From the NCBI GenBank assembly GCA_030141605.1, contig JAQGDQ010002422.1, positions 1-53,286 of the forward strand: 53,286 nt of DNA, given 5' to 3'. The translations under genes and the position numbers were made by a program. The notes under the pieces are model-generated. The model saw nothing but the letters and a program-made list of their open reading frames with translations. It was not told the DNA's origin and ran no database searches. The first letter of the stretch is position 1; each line of letters starts with the position of its first letter. Origin of the DNA: Tubiluchus corallicola. Lineage: Eukaryota > Animalia > Priapulida. Below, piece by piece: positions 38,818-48,427 of this stretch.

Positions 38818-41304
38818 ATGAATATGGAAAGTTTGTTCGAACGCGCTCTGCAAGATAAATCACTTGTCGATTTCTCTAACGCAGATTCCGTCAGAGACGC
38901 CCTTGTCAGTACTGTCGTCCATATCCTCGGGCAAGACCCCAATTACGCTCCTCCACAAGCATGGTATAGAGCCCTTTCCGTCCTGCTTCGTGCGAAAATA
39001 GGCGAAGAACATGTCCGAACCATCCGACGCAACAGAACAAACAATACAAGACGCGTCTATTACCTCTCTATGGAATATCTTCTTGGAAAAAGCCTCCGTA
39101 AACGACTGCTAGACTTCGGAATCCATCAAATCGTAGCCGACGCCCTCAAAAGCCTGCAGCAGGATATCGATACCATACAACTGCTCGAAAGCGACGCCGC
39201 ACTCGGAAACGGCGGCCTTGGCCGACTTGCCGCGTGCTTCCTCGACTCGCTCGCCACACACGGATATCCCGCTTTCGCATATGGAATTCGCTACGACTAC
39301 GGCATGTTTCAACAAAATATCGAAAACGGTATGCAAATCGAACAGCCAGAAAGCTGGCTCCGACACGGAAACCCATGGGAATTCGAGCGCCCCGATATTA
39401 GCTATAATGTCCATTTCGGCGGAAAACTCGCAAGCTTCAAAGACACAACAGGGCGATCCGAATGCCTCTGGATCGATACAACACCTTCCGTCGCGACCGC
39501 TTTTGACATGCCCGTCTCCGGATTCGGAAATAAAAACGTCGCTAACCTTCGACTCTGGTCCGCACGCGCCCCCCTTGATTTCGACCTCGATCGATTCAAC
39601 GCCGGAAATTACGTCGACTCCGTCAAAGATAAAAATGAATCCGAAGTCCTCTCAAAAGTCCTCTACCCAAACGATAATACACAATTCGGACATGAACTGA
39701 GGCTCAAACAGGAATATTTCTTCGTCAGCGCCTCTATACAAGATATCATCAACAGACATCTGCAAGACTCTAAAAGTCTCGATAACCTCCATAAAAAAGC
39801 CTCCATACAACTCAACGACACACACCCAGCCCTCGCCATACCAGAGCTTATGTACAGACTGATGGATCACCATAAATATTCCTTTAAAAACGCGTGGGAT
39901 ATCACTTCCCAAACCATCAGCTACACAAACCATACCCTCCTCCCTGAAGCCCTTGAGACATGGTCTGTCAACCTGCTTGGCAGCATCCTTCCAAGACATC
40001 TGGAAATTATCTACGATATTAACGCTAATTTCCTTAGACATATCCGACGAACCTACCCAGGAAATCCCTCGCTTGCAGGACGCCTCTCCCTCATCGACGA
40101 TAACCAAAGTACCGTGCGCATGGCACACCTCGCTATCGTCGGAAGCCATAAAGTTAACGGAGTCGCTAAACTCCACACACAACTCCTCAAAACAAGAGTC
40201 TTCCCAGAATTCAATAAAATCTACCCCGATAAATTCGTCAATATTACAAACGGCATTACACAAAGACGATGGCTCCTTCAGGCAAACCCTGAACTCTCCG
40301 GCCTGATCACACAGGCCATCGGCGATCGATGGGTGTCACACCTCGAAGAACTTACACAACTTGAGAAATTCACCGATGATAACACCTTCCTGAAAAAATT
40401 CGCCGCCATTAAAACAAAACGAAAAGAAAAACTCTCAAAACTTATCTACCAAGATACAAATATTATGGTCAATACAAACGCCATATTTGAATCACAAGTC
40501 AAACGAATACACGAATATAAACGCCAACTCCTCAATATCCTCTACGTTATTACCCTCTATAACAGACTGCGGAAAAATCCCGCCCTGAAAACATCCTCCA
40601 GAGTCATTATTATCTCCGGAAAAGCCGCGCCAGGATACTATATGGCAAAACATATCATCCGCCTTATTCTCGATGTCGCAGAAATCGTCAATAATGACCC
40701 CGTTGTCAAAAATAGACTGAAACTTGTCTTTATACCAAACTATAACGTCTCTAAAGCCTCCTTCATTATTCCAGGAAGCGACCTTTCTCTCCAAATCTCA
40801 ACAGCGGGAACAGAAGCCTCCGGAACCGGCAACATGAAATTCGCCCTCAATGGCGCAATCACCGTAGGCACACTCGACGGCGCCAATATCGAAATCCTCA
40901 ACGAGGTCAAAAAAGACAATATTATCATCTTTGGAAATACAGAAGAAGAAATCAGCAAAATACACCAACAAGGCTATGACCCATGGCACTATTACAATAA
41001 TAACCCTGAACTTAAAGAAGCCCTGGATATGCTCGGAAATGGCTATTTCTGCTCGCAAGACACTATCCGATACAGAAATATCTTCGATAACCTGACGCGA
41101 AACGGCGACAACTATATGCTTTTAGCTGATTATCAAAGCTTTATAGACGCTCAGGATAATGCCGAAAAACTCTATACAAACACAAAAAAATGGACCCAAA
41201 CAGCTATTCTTAATATCGCTCGAATTGGCTACTTTTCTTCCGACAGAACTATCCATGAATACGCTAAAAAAATATGGAACATTAAACCAGACTTTAAACT
41301 CTAG
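38818..41304 (+). CDS. glgP: glycogen phosphorylase
   Basis: GNGGLGRLAACF, LRLKQEYFF, QLNDTHP, KRIHEYKRQ, PLP motif EASGTGNMK, FSSDRTI. Confidence 0.97.
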   Translation: MNMESLFERALQDKSLVDFSNADSVRDALVSTVVHILGQDPNYAPPQAWYRALSVLLRAKIGEEHVRTIRRNRTNNTRRVYYLSMEYLLGKSLRKRLLDFGIHQIVADALKSLQQDIDTIQLLESDAALGNGGLGRLAACFLDSLATHGYPAFAYGIRYDYGMFQQNIENGMQIEQPESWLRHGNPWEFERPDISYNVHFGGKLASFKDTTGRSECLWIDTTPSVATAFDMPVSGFGNKNVANLRLWSARAPLDFDLDRFNAGNYVDSVKDKNESEVLSKVLYPNDNTQFGHELRLKQEYFFVSASIQDIINRHLQDSKSLDNLHKKASIQLNDTHPALAIPELMYRLMDHHKYSFKNAWDITSQTISYTNHTLLPEALETWSVNLLGSILPRHLEIIYDINANFLRHIRRTYPGNPSLAGRLSLIDDNQSTVRMAHLAIVGSHKVNGVAKLHTQLLKTRVFPEFNKIYPDKFVNITNGITQRRWLLQANPELSGLITQAIGDRWVSHLEELTQLEKFTDDNTFLKKFAAIKTKRKEKLSKLIYQDTNIMVNTNAIFESQVKRIHEYKRQLLNILYVITLYNRLRKNPALKTSSRVIIISGKAAPGYYMAKHIIRLILDVAEIVNNDPVVKNRLKLVFIPNYNVSKASFIIPGSDLSLQISTAGTEASGTGNMKFALNGAITVGTLDGANIEILNEVKKDNIIIFGNTEEEISKIHQQGYDPWHYYNNNPELKEALDMLGNGYFCSQDTIRYRNIFDNLTRNGDNYMLLADYQSFIDAQDNAEKLYTNTKKWTQTAILNIARIGYFSSDRTIHEYAKKIWNIKPDFKL

Positions 41305-41479
41305 CCGTTGCCGCTTGCCAGAAAAATACATAATACTCAAACAAAATACCCACAAGCAGAAACACAGGAATAAAAAACACAACTGAACACAAACCTCACA
41401 TTATCACAACCCCATAAACATAAACAACAAAACTGCCCAAATAGGTTCCATTGTGGTTTTCTGAGCATGATAGTAGAAT

Positions 41480-41720
41480 ATGTGCAAAAAGAGATTGCAC
41501 ACGGACTTTATCCGTCGTTTAACCACTCACCAGTGGGAAAATATTTACAAATATCTCTGTGAATATAAAGAGTTACATATATCTAACGAAACATCTGACC
41601 ACCAGTTTGTTAAGAGGGGTGTTTTTGATGTTTGTGAAGCGGGGCACAATGGAAAATGCTGCCGCCGGAATATGGTAATTGGAATCATACTTACCAACGA
41701 TTTTCAGCTTGGGCAAATGT
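41480..41720 (+). pseudogene. IS5-family transposase N-terminal fragment
   Basis: LTTHQWENI, then after a frameshift GAQWKMLPPEYGNWNHTYQRFSAW, matching the G.QW..LP.EYG.W...Y.RF..W pattern. Confidence 0.8.
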
Positions 41721-41754
41721 TACAAAATGCTGTATTTTTTCGCACAGAAAATAA

Positions 41755-41975
41755 GATATCATGGTATTGGTGAGTACGTAAAAGGAAAAACACACACTAA
41801 CACCATTGAATCATTTTGGGCTTTATTTAAAAGGGGTTTTATAGGTATATATCATCAAATGAGCAAAAAGCATTTACAAAGATACATTGATGAATATGTA
41901 TTCAGATACAATAATAGAAAAGAGAATATAGAAAATGTTTTCAATACTATTATAAATAACAGCGTTAATAAGTGA
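41755..41975 (+). pseudogene. IS1595-family transposase C-terminal fragment
   Basis: H..GEYVKG.THTNTIESFWALFKRG..GIYHQMSKKHLQRYIDEY.FRYN. Confidence 0.88.
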
Positions 41976-41999
41976 CCAAAATACAAAGGTTTAATAAAT

Positions 42000-42899
42000 A
42001 TGCCAAGTGAAAAAGATAAACAAACACACGATTTTAATGATTTTTTGCTCGGTATTTCAAAACATAGTAAAAGTAAAATATCTATAGAAGATAAAAAAGC
42101 ACTACCATTTGTAAAATGGGTGGGTGGAAAAAGAAATATATTATCAAATATTAAGAATTTTTTACCTTTAAAATTCAATAATTATTATGAGCCGTTTGTT
42201 GGTGGTGGTGCTCTTTTTTTTAATTTAGGCTATAATAAATCTTATATTAGCGATATAAATATAGAGCTTATCACAACGTATCTTGTGATAAAAAAAGACG
42301 TTAAAAACCTGATAAATCAATTAAATATCCATCAGAAAAATCATAGTGAAGAATATTTTTATACACTTAGAAAAAATCAATTTCCTAATGACCCTGTAGA
42401 AGTTGCTAGTCGTTTTATATATTTAAACAAAACTTGTTATAATGGATTGTATAGAGTCAATAAAAAAGGTGAATTTAACGCCCCCTTTGGTAAGTATAAA
42501 AACCCTAGTATATCAGATGAAGAAAATTTATTGTTATGTAATAAATATCTTCAAAATACTCATATAAAATATGGTGAATTTAATCACATAAACCCACGTA
42601 AAAATGATTTTGTGTACTTCGACCCACCTTATCATGGTACATATTCAGGGTATAATACCAATATTTTTGATGAAAAAAAACAAATAGAACTAAGAATGTT
42701 TTGTGATAAATTGACTCGTAGAGGTGTTATATTTATGCTATCTAATAGCAATGCTTCTTTTATTAAAGAGCAGTATAATAAGTATAATATATTTGAAATA
42801 ACAGCCCCTAGATATGTAAATTGCAAACCTGATGGGCGTAAAAATGGCCAAGAGGTTATAATAACTAACTATGAAACAAGGCGGGGCGATAGCGAATAA
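42000..42899 (+). CDS. Dam-family (D12-class) DNA adenine methyltransferase
   Basis: PFVKWVGGK, YYEPFVGGGA, RFIYLNKTCYNGLYRVN, FVYFDPPY, FMLSNS. Confidence 0.93.
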   Translation: MPSEKDKQTHDFNDFLLGISKHSKSKISIEDKKALPFVKWVGGKRNILSNIKNFLPLKFNNYYEPFVGGGALFFNLGYNKSYISDINIELITTYLVIKKDVKNLINQLNIHQKNHSEEYFYTLRKNQFPNDPVEVASRFIYLNKTCYNGLYRVNKKGEFNAPFGKYKNPSISDEENLLLCNKYLQNTHIKYGEFNHINPRKNDFVYFDPPYHGTYSGYNTNIFDEKKQIELRMFCDKLTRRGVIFMLSNSNASFIKEQYNKYNIFEITAPRYVNCKPDGRKNGQEVIITNYETRRGDSE

Positions 42900-43335
42900 T
42901 ACAGAAAAAAACCTTGAAGGATTTGTTAGAACATCATTAGAACAACATAATTACCAATTTATTGATAGTAAAAGATTTTTAGCATGTTCTAAAATATCAG
43001 AACAACCTATTTTTTCAAGCCAAGTACATATAGGTGAAACAATATATGGTAAAAAACGATATTGTGATTTTATTTTCTTTCACCCTGATAAATTTCCTAA
43101 TAATTATATAATTGAGTGTAAATGGCAACAATCGGACTGCTCGATTGATGAAAAGTATCCTTTTTTAGTACTTAACATTAAACTTTCTTCTATAGATACA
43201 GTTATTATACTTGATGGCGGTGGTTATTCTGATGGAGCTAAATCATGGTTGCAAGATCAGGTTAGCGGGGTGTTAAAAAATGTTTGGAGTATGTCAGAAT
43301 TTCACAAACAAGTTAATGACGGTTTTCTAGGGTAA
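42871..43335 (+). CDS. PD-(D/E)XK nuclease, putative restriction endonuclease
   Basis: CDFI...IIECKWQQS..SIDEKYPF..IILDGGGY; overlaps the methylase by 29 nt. Confidence 0.75.
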   Translation: MKQGGAIANNTEKNLEGFVRTSLEQHNYQFIDSKRFLACSKISEQPIFSSQVHIGETIYGKKRYCDFIFFHPDKFPNNYIIECKWQQSDCSIDEKYPFLVLNIKLSSIDTVIILDGGGYSDGAKSWLQDQVSGVLKNVWSMSEFHKQVNDGFLG

Positions 43336-43431
43336 AAAAGTATATAAACCCCTCAATAAAATCACAACAGAACCTAACCCAGAAACAATAACGCTAAACA
43401 AAAAATACACTCTCAATACTTCAGAAAACAA

Positions 43432-43459
43432 AAAAAGAGAGGGAAAACCCTCTCTTTTT
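43432..43459. terminator. bidirectional intrinsic terminator
   Basis: aaaaagagaggg-aaaa-ccctctcttttt between convergent genes. Confidence 0.85.
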
Positions 43460-43484
43460 CTTAACGTCAAGAAACAAGCGGCAA

Positions 43485-45539
43485 CTACCAGTCAACACGC
43501 TCACAAAATGTCACAACGCCCATACGCGCGTACCGTTCGTACGCTTCCGCTCTCTGAAGATCAGAGAAACTCGCGTAATCATCTGGACCAATCGCAACCT
43601 TCATCCTCCATCGGCGATAGTTCACACCAGAGCCCACACTGGGGTTATCTAAAGTAGACGCTTCACTCAGACCTGTACTCGCCAATTCCCACGCAACAGA
43701 AAAAGCCGCGACATTATCTCCAGCCCTCAACGCGGCATTCGATCCCGCAAACATCATTGTATCGTCAATCGTACGCACTGGTGGATTACCGGCCTGCTGA
43801 AAGTTAGGAGTAAAAATACCATACTGTTCTGGGCTGACTATACGGCTAGCTGCCTCCACAACCTGGGTGTTCGGATTATATAAAGGCACAGATCCATAAT
43901 ACCCCGCCCCCGGTACGTTGGCTCCTCCTCCCGGCGCAAAGGGCTGCTCTATCTCATATTTGTTAATAGGATCGCCTGAAAACTCATCTCCTGGAGCCTG
44001 CATAGAAGGACGGAAAGTATAGTTTGGCTGATCAGTGTTTAAGTCAGACGCCACAAAAGGAGGAATAGACGCCCCTATCGGCCAAGCTGTAATACCAGGC
44101 GTATATTGTGGCGGGCACTCTCTATGAACCAAATCGTTATTCTTCTTGATATAAAACTGCGGCATCGAAAATTCCAAATCCTGCAAAGAAGTCAACGTTT
44201 CATCACGACGCGTAAAAACAACATCCTCCGCAACAATCGGCAATAAGTCCGCACGAGCCCCAGAAGTCTTATAAGTCATATTCTCACCCGCGCTCGGATT
44301 CGCAAGTCCCTTTCGAAACCGAACATAATCCTTCGGTGTTGGTGCTGTATTACCCACTTCGCCCGAAAGAAACCAGCGCTCAGTACCTGTCGCTCCCGGA
44401 TCATATTCAAAACGATCCAGACATAAATCATCACCCGACCCTATAGCCTGATCGTTCACACAGACTGTACGCCCTCGAATTCCAACACGCTCTTGACCGC
44501 CGTCAGCTACAATATCAAAAACCCCGAGTGTATCCTGCGTCGGCCCTGTCCCCGCTGTCATCTCGCTCGCCCGTAGGCAAACCTCTGTTGACGCGGAAGT
44601 CGACCAGCATAACGGACGGCCTGTCTCCACCTTTACAGAGCCGTCTGCACGCAGAAAATCACCCGTTCCCGCATGAAGAGAAGAAAAATAAAGATATGCC
44701 TTCATATTCGTCCGAAGAATCGGATTCCCCGTCCCGTCATCCTGATAAAAATAAGACACGCATTCATCAAGATTATAAGTAGACGCCGGACCACCAGTCG
44801 TATCCAGCTCAAAAAAGGCCGACGGAGAGGAAGCACACATACCCCCAACTGTATCAGGGAAAAACCGCACTTGCCCAGAAGCGCCCAACTGAGCTTCAAA
44901 CTGCCGCTTAATATCCGCGATCAAACCAACATCCAACGAACCGGAAAAGGTACTCAACGGCAAATCCGCGAATTCCAAATATCCCGATAACTCACCGTTA
45001 CTTGTGTTATACTTTAAAACCGAACTAGTAACATTAAGACCTGTAAATCCCCCCATCGTCTTGCCGTCCTGAGCTTCAAAACAGGTAAGAGGAGGGAGAT
45101 CACCCGCATGAGCATACTCAGGAGGAAAAGGAGGCTTATTAGAATCACAAATATCCACGTCCGTCATCCACAATAAAGGAGGCTCGTCATAAATACCCGT
45201 AGGCGTGCTGGTAACTCTTGTATCAAAAACAAAAAAACGCGTGTCATCCGGATTCGTCACTGTAGATGTGCCGCTACCCATCGTTGTAGCATAACCCGGA
45301 TTCGTAAAATAGTTCAGATTGTTTCTATTCCCACCGCCCATCATGCTCATACCTTTAACCATACCATCCGCAATACGAGCGACCTCGTTTCCAGCCACCT
45401 GTGACTGAACAACCTGAACTTCCCGAACCTGCCAGTTTGAAAGGCTCACGGCTAAAACACCTAGAATTCCTGCCGCTATAATAAGCTCCAGCAAAGCAAT
45501 ACCACGACAGCGGTAATAATAAGTATATATATGTTTCAT
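43485..45539 (-). CDS. large prepilin-like protein, PilV-like putative tip adhesin
   Basis: Class III signal ...RCRG|IALLELIIAAGILGVL (G-1, E+5); likely start 45539 after AGGAAAGG; long G/T/P/D-rich C-terminal region with several Cys and a DFLRADG motif. Confidence 0.7.
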   Translation of the reverse strand: MKHIYTYYYRCRGIALLELIIAAGILGVLAVSLSNWQVREVQVVQSQVAGNEVARIADGMVKGMSMMGGGNRNNLNYFTNPGYATTMGSGTSTVTNPDDTRFFVFDTRVTSTPTGIYDEPPLLWMTDVDICDSNKPPFPPEYAHAGDLPPLTCFEAQDGKTMGGFTGLNVTSSVLKYNTSNGELSGYLEFADLPLSTFSGSLDVGLIADIKRQFEAQLGASGQVRFFPDTVGGMCASSPSAFFELDTTGGPASTYNLDECVSYFYQDDGTGNPILRTNMKAYLYFSSLHAGTGDFLRADGSVKVETGRPLCWSTSASTEVCLRASEMTAGTGPTQDTLGVFDIVADGGQERVGIRGRTVCVNDQAIGSGDDLCLDRFEYDPGATGTERWFLSGEVGNTAPTPKDYVRFRKGLANPSAGENMTYKTSGARADLLPIVAEDVVFTRRDETLTSLQDLEFSMPQFYIKKNNDLVHRECPPQYTPGITAWPIGASIPPFVASDLNTDQPNYTFRPSMQAPGDEFSGDPINKYEIEQPFAPGGGANVPGAGYYGSVPLYNPNTQVVEAASRIVSPEQYGIFTPNFQQAGNPPVRTIDDTMMFAGSNAALRAGDNVAAFSVAWELASTGLSEASTLDNPSVGSGVNYRRWRMKVAIGPDDYASFSDLQRAEAYERYARMGVVTFCERVDW

Positions 45540-45611
45540 GGCTACACCTTTCCTTAACGTTAACGTCTTCAAAAAAACCTTCATAACCCTCTCTATAAAC
45601 ATGCGTAATTT

Positions 45612-46376
45612 TTAATAGGAAAAAGTAATATAAGAAAGATTGTTAATCGATGCTCCAGCAGAACAGAATCTCTCCCTGTCCCGAGGAATACTAAAATCCC
45701 TTGTGTTCCCTTGCGCAAAAACAACCTGAAAAGGAACAGTATTAATCGTACATGTTGTCGGATCCGGCCCGGCAATCGAATCTTCCACGATAAGATCCCG
45801 CTCCTCCGGCAATAAATTCGTAACCTGCACACCCGTCAGGTTGGATAAAGTACATGACATATTCGTCTGATCATTCGCCAACATATCTTTTAAAGATTGT
45901 CCCGACGATATAGAAGGTCCCACAAGCGCTAAAAAAATATTCTCATCTATCGCCGCGTTAAGTGATAAAGCCACACAACTATCCAAGGTCAAACTCTCTA
46001 GCGATACAGCATAGGCAGGAAGCAATCTATCCGGCGTTCCTAACCAATCCGTACTTTCAATACCAGAAACATTCACCCGTCCCAAAACCGCCGTTTTTTT
46101 CAGATTCTTTACCGCTATTGGCGCAAGTTGATCAAAACGGCTGTCATTCAACCAGCTATACAGATCCCCAGAAGATGACGTAGAACGCCCTACCTGGGAA
46201 ATCTCCGAGCGCATGTACTGCAGCGCGCGTATTGCCTCGTCACGATCCACTTCATTATAGACTCTAGTAGAATAAGAAACCACCGCCATTATCAGCATCC
46301 CTAATATACCGCAGGCTAAAATCAACTCTAAAAAAGCAATACCGTTTAAATATCTTTTCACACGTTTAACAAACAC
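45612..46376 (-). CDS. type IV pilin-like protein (IVb/PilS-like)
   Basis: Basic leader then NG|IAFLELILACGILGML; four Cys in the globular part; paralog of 46678-47472. Confidence 0.7.
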   Translation of the reverse strand: MFVKRVKRYLNGIAFLELILACGILGMLIMAVVSYSTRVYNEVDRDEAIRALQYMRSEISQVGRSTSSSGDLYSWLNDSRFDQLAPIAVKNLKKTAVLGRVNVSGIESTDWLGTPDRLLPAYAVSLESLTLDSCVALSLNAAIDENIFLALVGPSISSGQSLKDMLANDQTNMSCTLSNLTGVQVTNLLPEERDLIVEDSIAGPDPTTCTINTVPFQVVFAQGNTRDFSIPRDRERFCSAGASINNLSYITFSY

Positions 46377-46677
46377 AAACTATCTCTCAATCATTAATAA
46401 CTACTCTTTACCAAAAAAACCCTACTTATTCCTTGTAAAAAAATAAAAGTAGACCTTATAGTTTATAATGATATGTAAAAAATTTTACTAAAATACTAAT
46501 AAAAACACTTTTTAATCATGTTTAGCTCAATAGCATACAGAAATTCTCTTAATAAAGTATGAGTATAACAGAAATCAGATAAAAACACACCCCAATTGTT
46601 ATCACACAAATGTTACCTGACACCTCTATCAAAAATATAAATCTTATATAAGAAATATTTTCTCTTTTTCAATACCA

Positions 46678-47472
46678 TCAATAAGAGAAAAGCGTAATGC
46701 CGACAGAATCACTATGGTTAGAGTAAACAGGATCCATCGGATTTCGACTGCATGCCTGCGCGATTTCAACAGGAGAGTATATCTTTTTTGTGCTCCCTTT
46801 CAGAAAAAATGGCCGAGCCCTTAATTGTGTCGATCCCATTTCACATAAATAATAGGGATACGGTCCCCAATCCAAATAAGTCATCAGCGTCTCCCGACCC
46901 TCTGTGCTCAAAGAAGTGTTAGAGGGCTGCAACGGCTGGCATGTCATAGACGGAACGCTCGACCAGTCAATCGGATCCAACAACTCTATAAATCCCGCGA
47001 CAAAATTATCCTCTTGCGCTATCTTCCGAGCCAGTGACTGACAGTCTTCCAGAGGAACATCTCTTATAGTCGTCACAAACAGGTTCGGATTACCACCACT
47101 AGCACCTGAAAGAGCCACGACATCACTTACGGAACTAACCTCCAGCGAATAATAGGAGTTGGATTTCAATCGTAAAATAGACGGTGCGAGCAACTCCACC
47201 TTGCTGTCATCATTCAACCACTCATATCCCTCATACCCCGAGCCAGCGTCAGCACGAAAAAAAGATCCCGCGGTACTCCGCACGATCGTCTGAATATCCT
47301 TGAGTGTATCCAATGCCTTCTTTTCCACAATATAATCAAAACCACGTGTTGAATAAATAACACTGGCCGCTATAACCAGTCCTAAAATCCCACAGGCAAT
47401 CATCAGCTCCAGAAACGCGATGCCCGAAAAAAAATATCGCGCCCGAAAAAATTTCACCTTACGACCATACAT
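46678..47472 (-). CDS. type IV pilin-like protein (IVb/PilS-like)
   Basis: Basic leader then SG|IAFLELMIACGILGLV; TIRDVPLEDCQSLA resembles the type IVb pilin pattern; four Cys in the globular part. Confidence 0.7.
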   Translation of the reverse strand: MYGRKVKFFRARYFFSGIAFLELMIACGILGLVIAASVIYSTRGFDYIVEKKALDTLKDIQTIVRSTAGSFFRADAGSGYEGYEWLNDDSKVELLAPSILRLKSNSYYSLEVSSVSDVVALSGASGGNPNLFVTTIRDVPLEDCQSLARKIAQEDNFVAGFIELLDPIDWSSVPSMTCQPLQPSNTSLSTEGRETLMTYLDWGPYPYYLCEMGSTQLRARPFFLKGSTKKIYSPVEIAQACSRNPMDPVYSNHSDSVGITLFSY

Positions 47473-47580
47473 AAATATAAACCTTTGTTTCTCTTCTTTT
47501 GTATGCCATCTCTATCCTCTTGATTATATTCCTCAAATGTAAAAAACTTGTTAAAATATCAGTAGAGCAACAGAGCATCA

Positions 47581-48264
47581 TCACTCCTTCTCTAAAGGAC
47601 AGGATATACAGCTAATATCACGCCAAAAATGATCCTGAAAAATATAAAATCCCGTAAAAGATGGACATAAAATATCACCTGAACCCGACTCATACCCCAA
47701 AGAACCAATATGCCTTAACTGTTCTCTCGTTGATATTCCTTCCGCGGTTATATCCAAGCCCAAATCTTGAGAAAATAACAGCTTCTCCCGAGAAAAAGCC
47801 GACGCGACAGGATCCCACGGCAATAAACCCGTAATACGACTATCCAACGTTATACAACGAAAACGCACAATCTGTAACAACTTTATTATAACACATCCGC
47901 CATAAAAGTTAAAAATTTTTGGCCGAACACCCATACCAGCCAAAACATCAAAAACAGAGATAATACACTCCCGCTCCTCATTACTACACGTAGTGTAGAA
48001 ATCCTCGCTAATACCAATCTCAAAACAAGACGGCGATAAAGCACTGTAACGTATTAGTTTCTCAATCTTATCACAACGGAAAAAAGGAAACGGAATGTTC
48101 AAAGAAAAACAAATATCAGAAGAAAACTTTGACGCAACAGTCTGCAATAAAAATCCCCAACGATCCATCTGCGCATAAAAATCCTCAGGACTATCAGAAA
48201 CAGAGATATGAAGAGCTGTTATATAACCATTATCTAAACGGTAAATAGGTCTTAACGATAACAT
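47581..48264 (-). CDS. degenerate stand-alone EAL-domain protein
   Basis: LRPIYRLDNG.I, FSLNI, FEIGISE, ITLD, LGLDITAEGIST.EQL align to the EAL fold; EAL, DDFGTG and QG motifs are replaced. Confidence 0.7.
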   Translation of the reverse strand: MLSLRPIYRLDNGYITALHISVSDSPEDFYAQMDRWGFLLQTVASKFSSDICFSLNIPFPFFRCDKIEKLIRYSALSPSCFEIGISEDFYTTCSNEERECIISVFDVLAGMGVRPKIFNFYGGCVIIKLLQIVRFRCITLDSRITGLLPWDPVASAFSREKLLFSQDLGLDITAEGISTREQLRHIGSLGYESGSGDILCPSFTGFYIFQDHFWRDISCISCPLEKE

Positions 48265-48341
48265 AATACCTAAAACTCCAAATTATGCTGATGAAGTACC
48301 CCTTTCAAAAAACATGCCAGTATAAGAGTTTCACGCGTCAG

Positions 48342-48384
48342 AAAATAAAAAAATCGCCCTGCCCATAAAGAGCAAAGCGATTTT
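48342..48384 (-). terminator. intrinsic terminator after the PL6 lyase
   Basis: Minus strand atcgctttgctc-tttat-gggcagggcgat (G:U pairs) followed by a T-run. Confidence 0.75.
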
Positions 48385-48427
48385 AATTTGTTGGTAAAAT
48401 AAACGACAAACTTAAAAACGAATGCCG

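Larger units (their letters stand above)
41443..43352. mobile_element. AT-rich island: IS remnants plus methylase/nuclease cargo
   Basis: Host C/A skew is lost near 41443 and resumes after gtatataaacccc (43340-43352); contains two transposase fragments. Confidence 0.75.

Noticed and set aside
41679-41975. 98-aa ORF as a functional transposase
   Set aside because: It is a chance fusion of out-of-frame IS5 sequence to the last ~70 aa of an IS1595 transposase and lacks the first catalytic residues
43360-43500. Shufflon downstream of the PilV-like gene
   Set aside because: No repeated sfx-like sites, alternative C-terminal cassettes or recombinase; the gene ends at a terminator
48304-48320. Sigma54-like site upstream of the EAL gene (TGGCAT-GTTTT-TTGAA on -)
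   Set aside because: The conserved -12 GC is GA; too weak to call without TSS data
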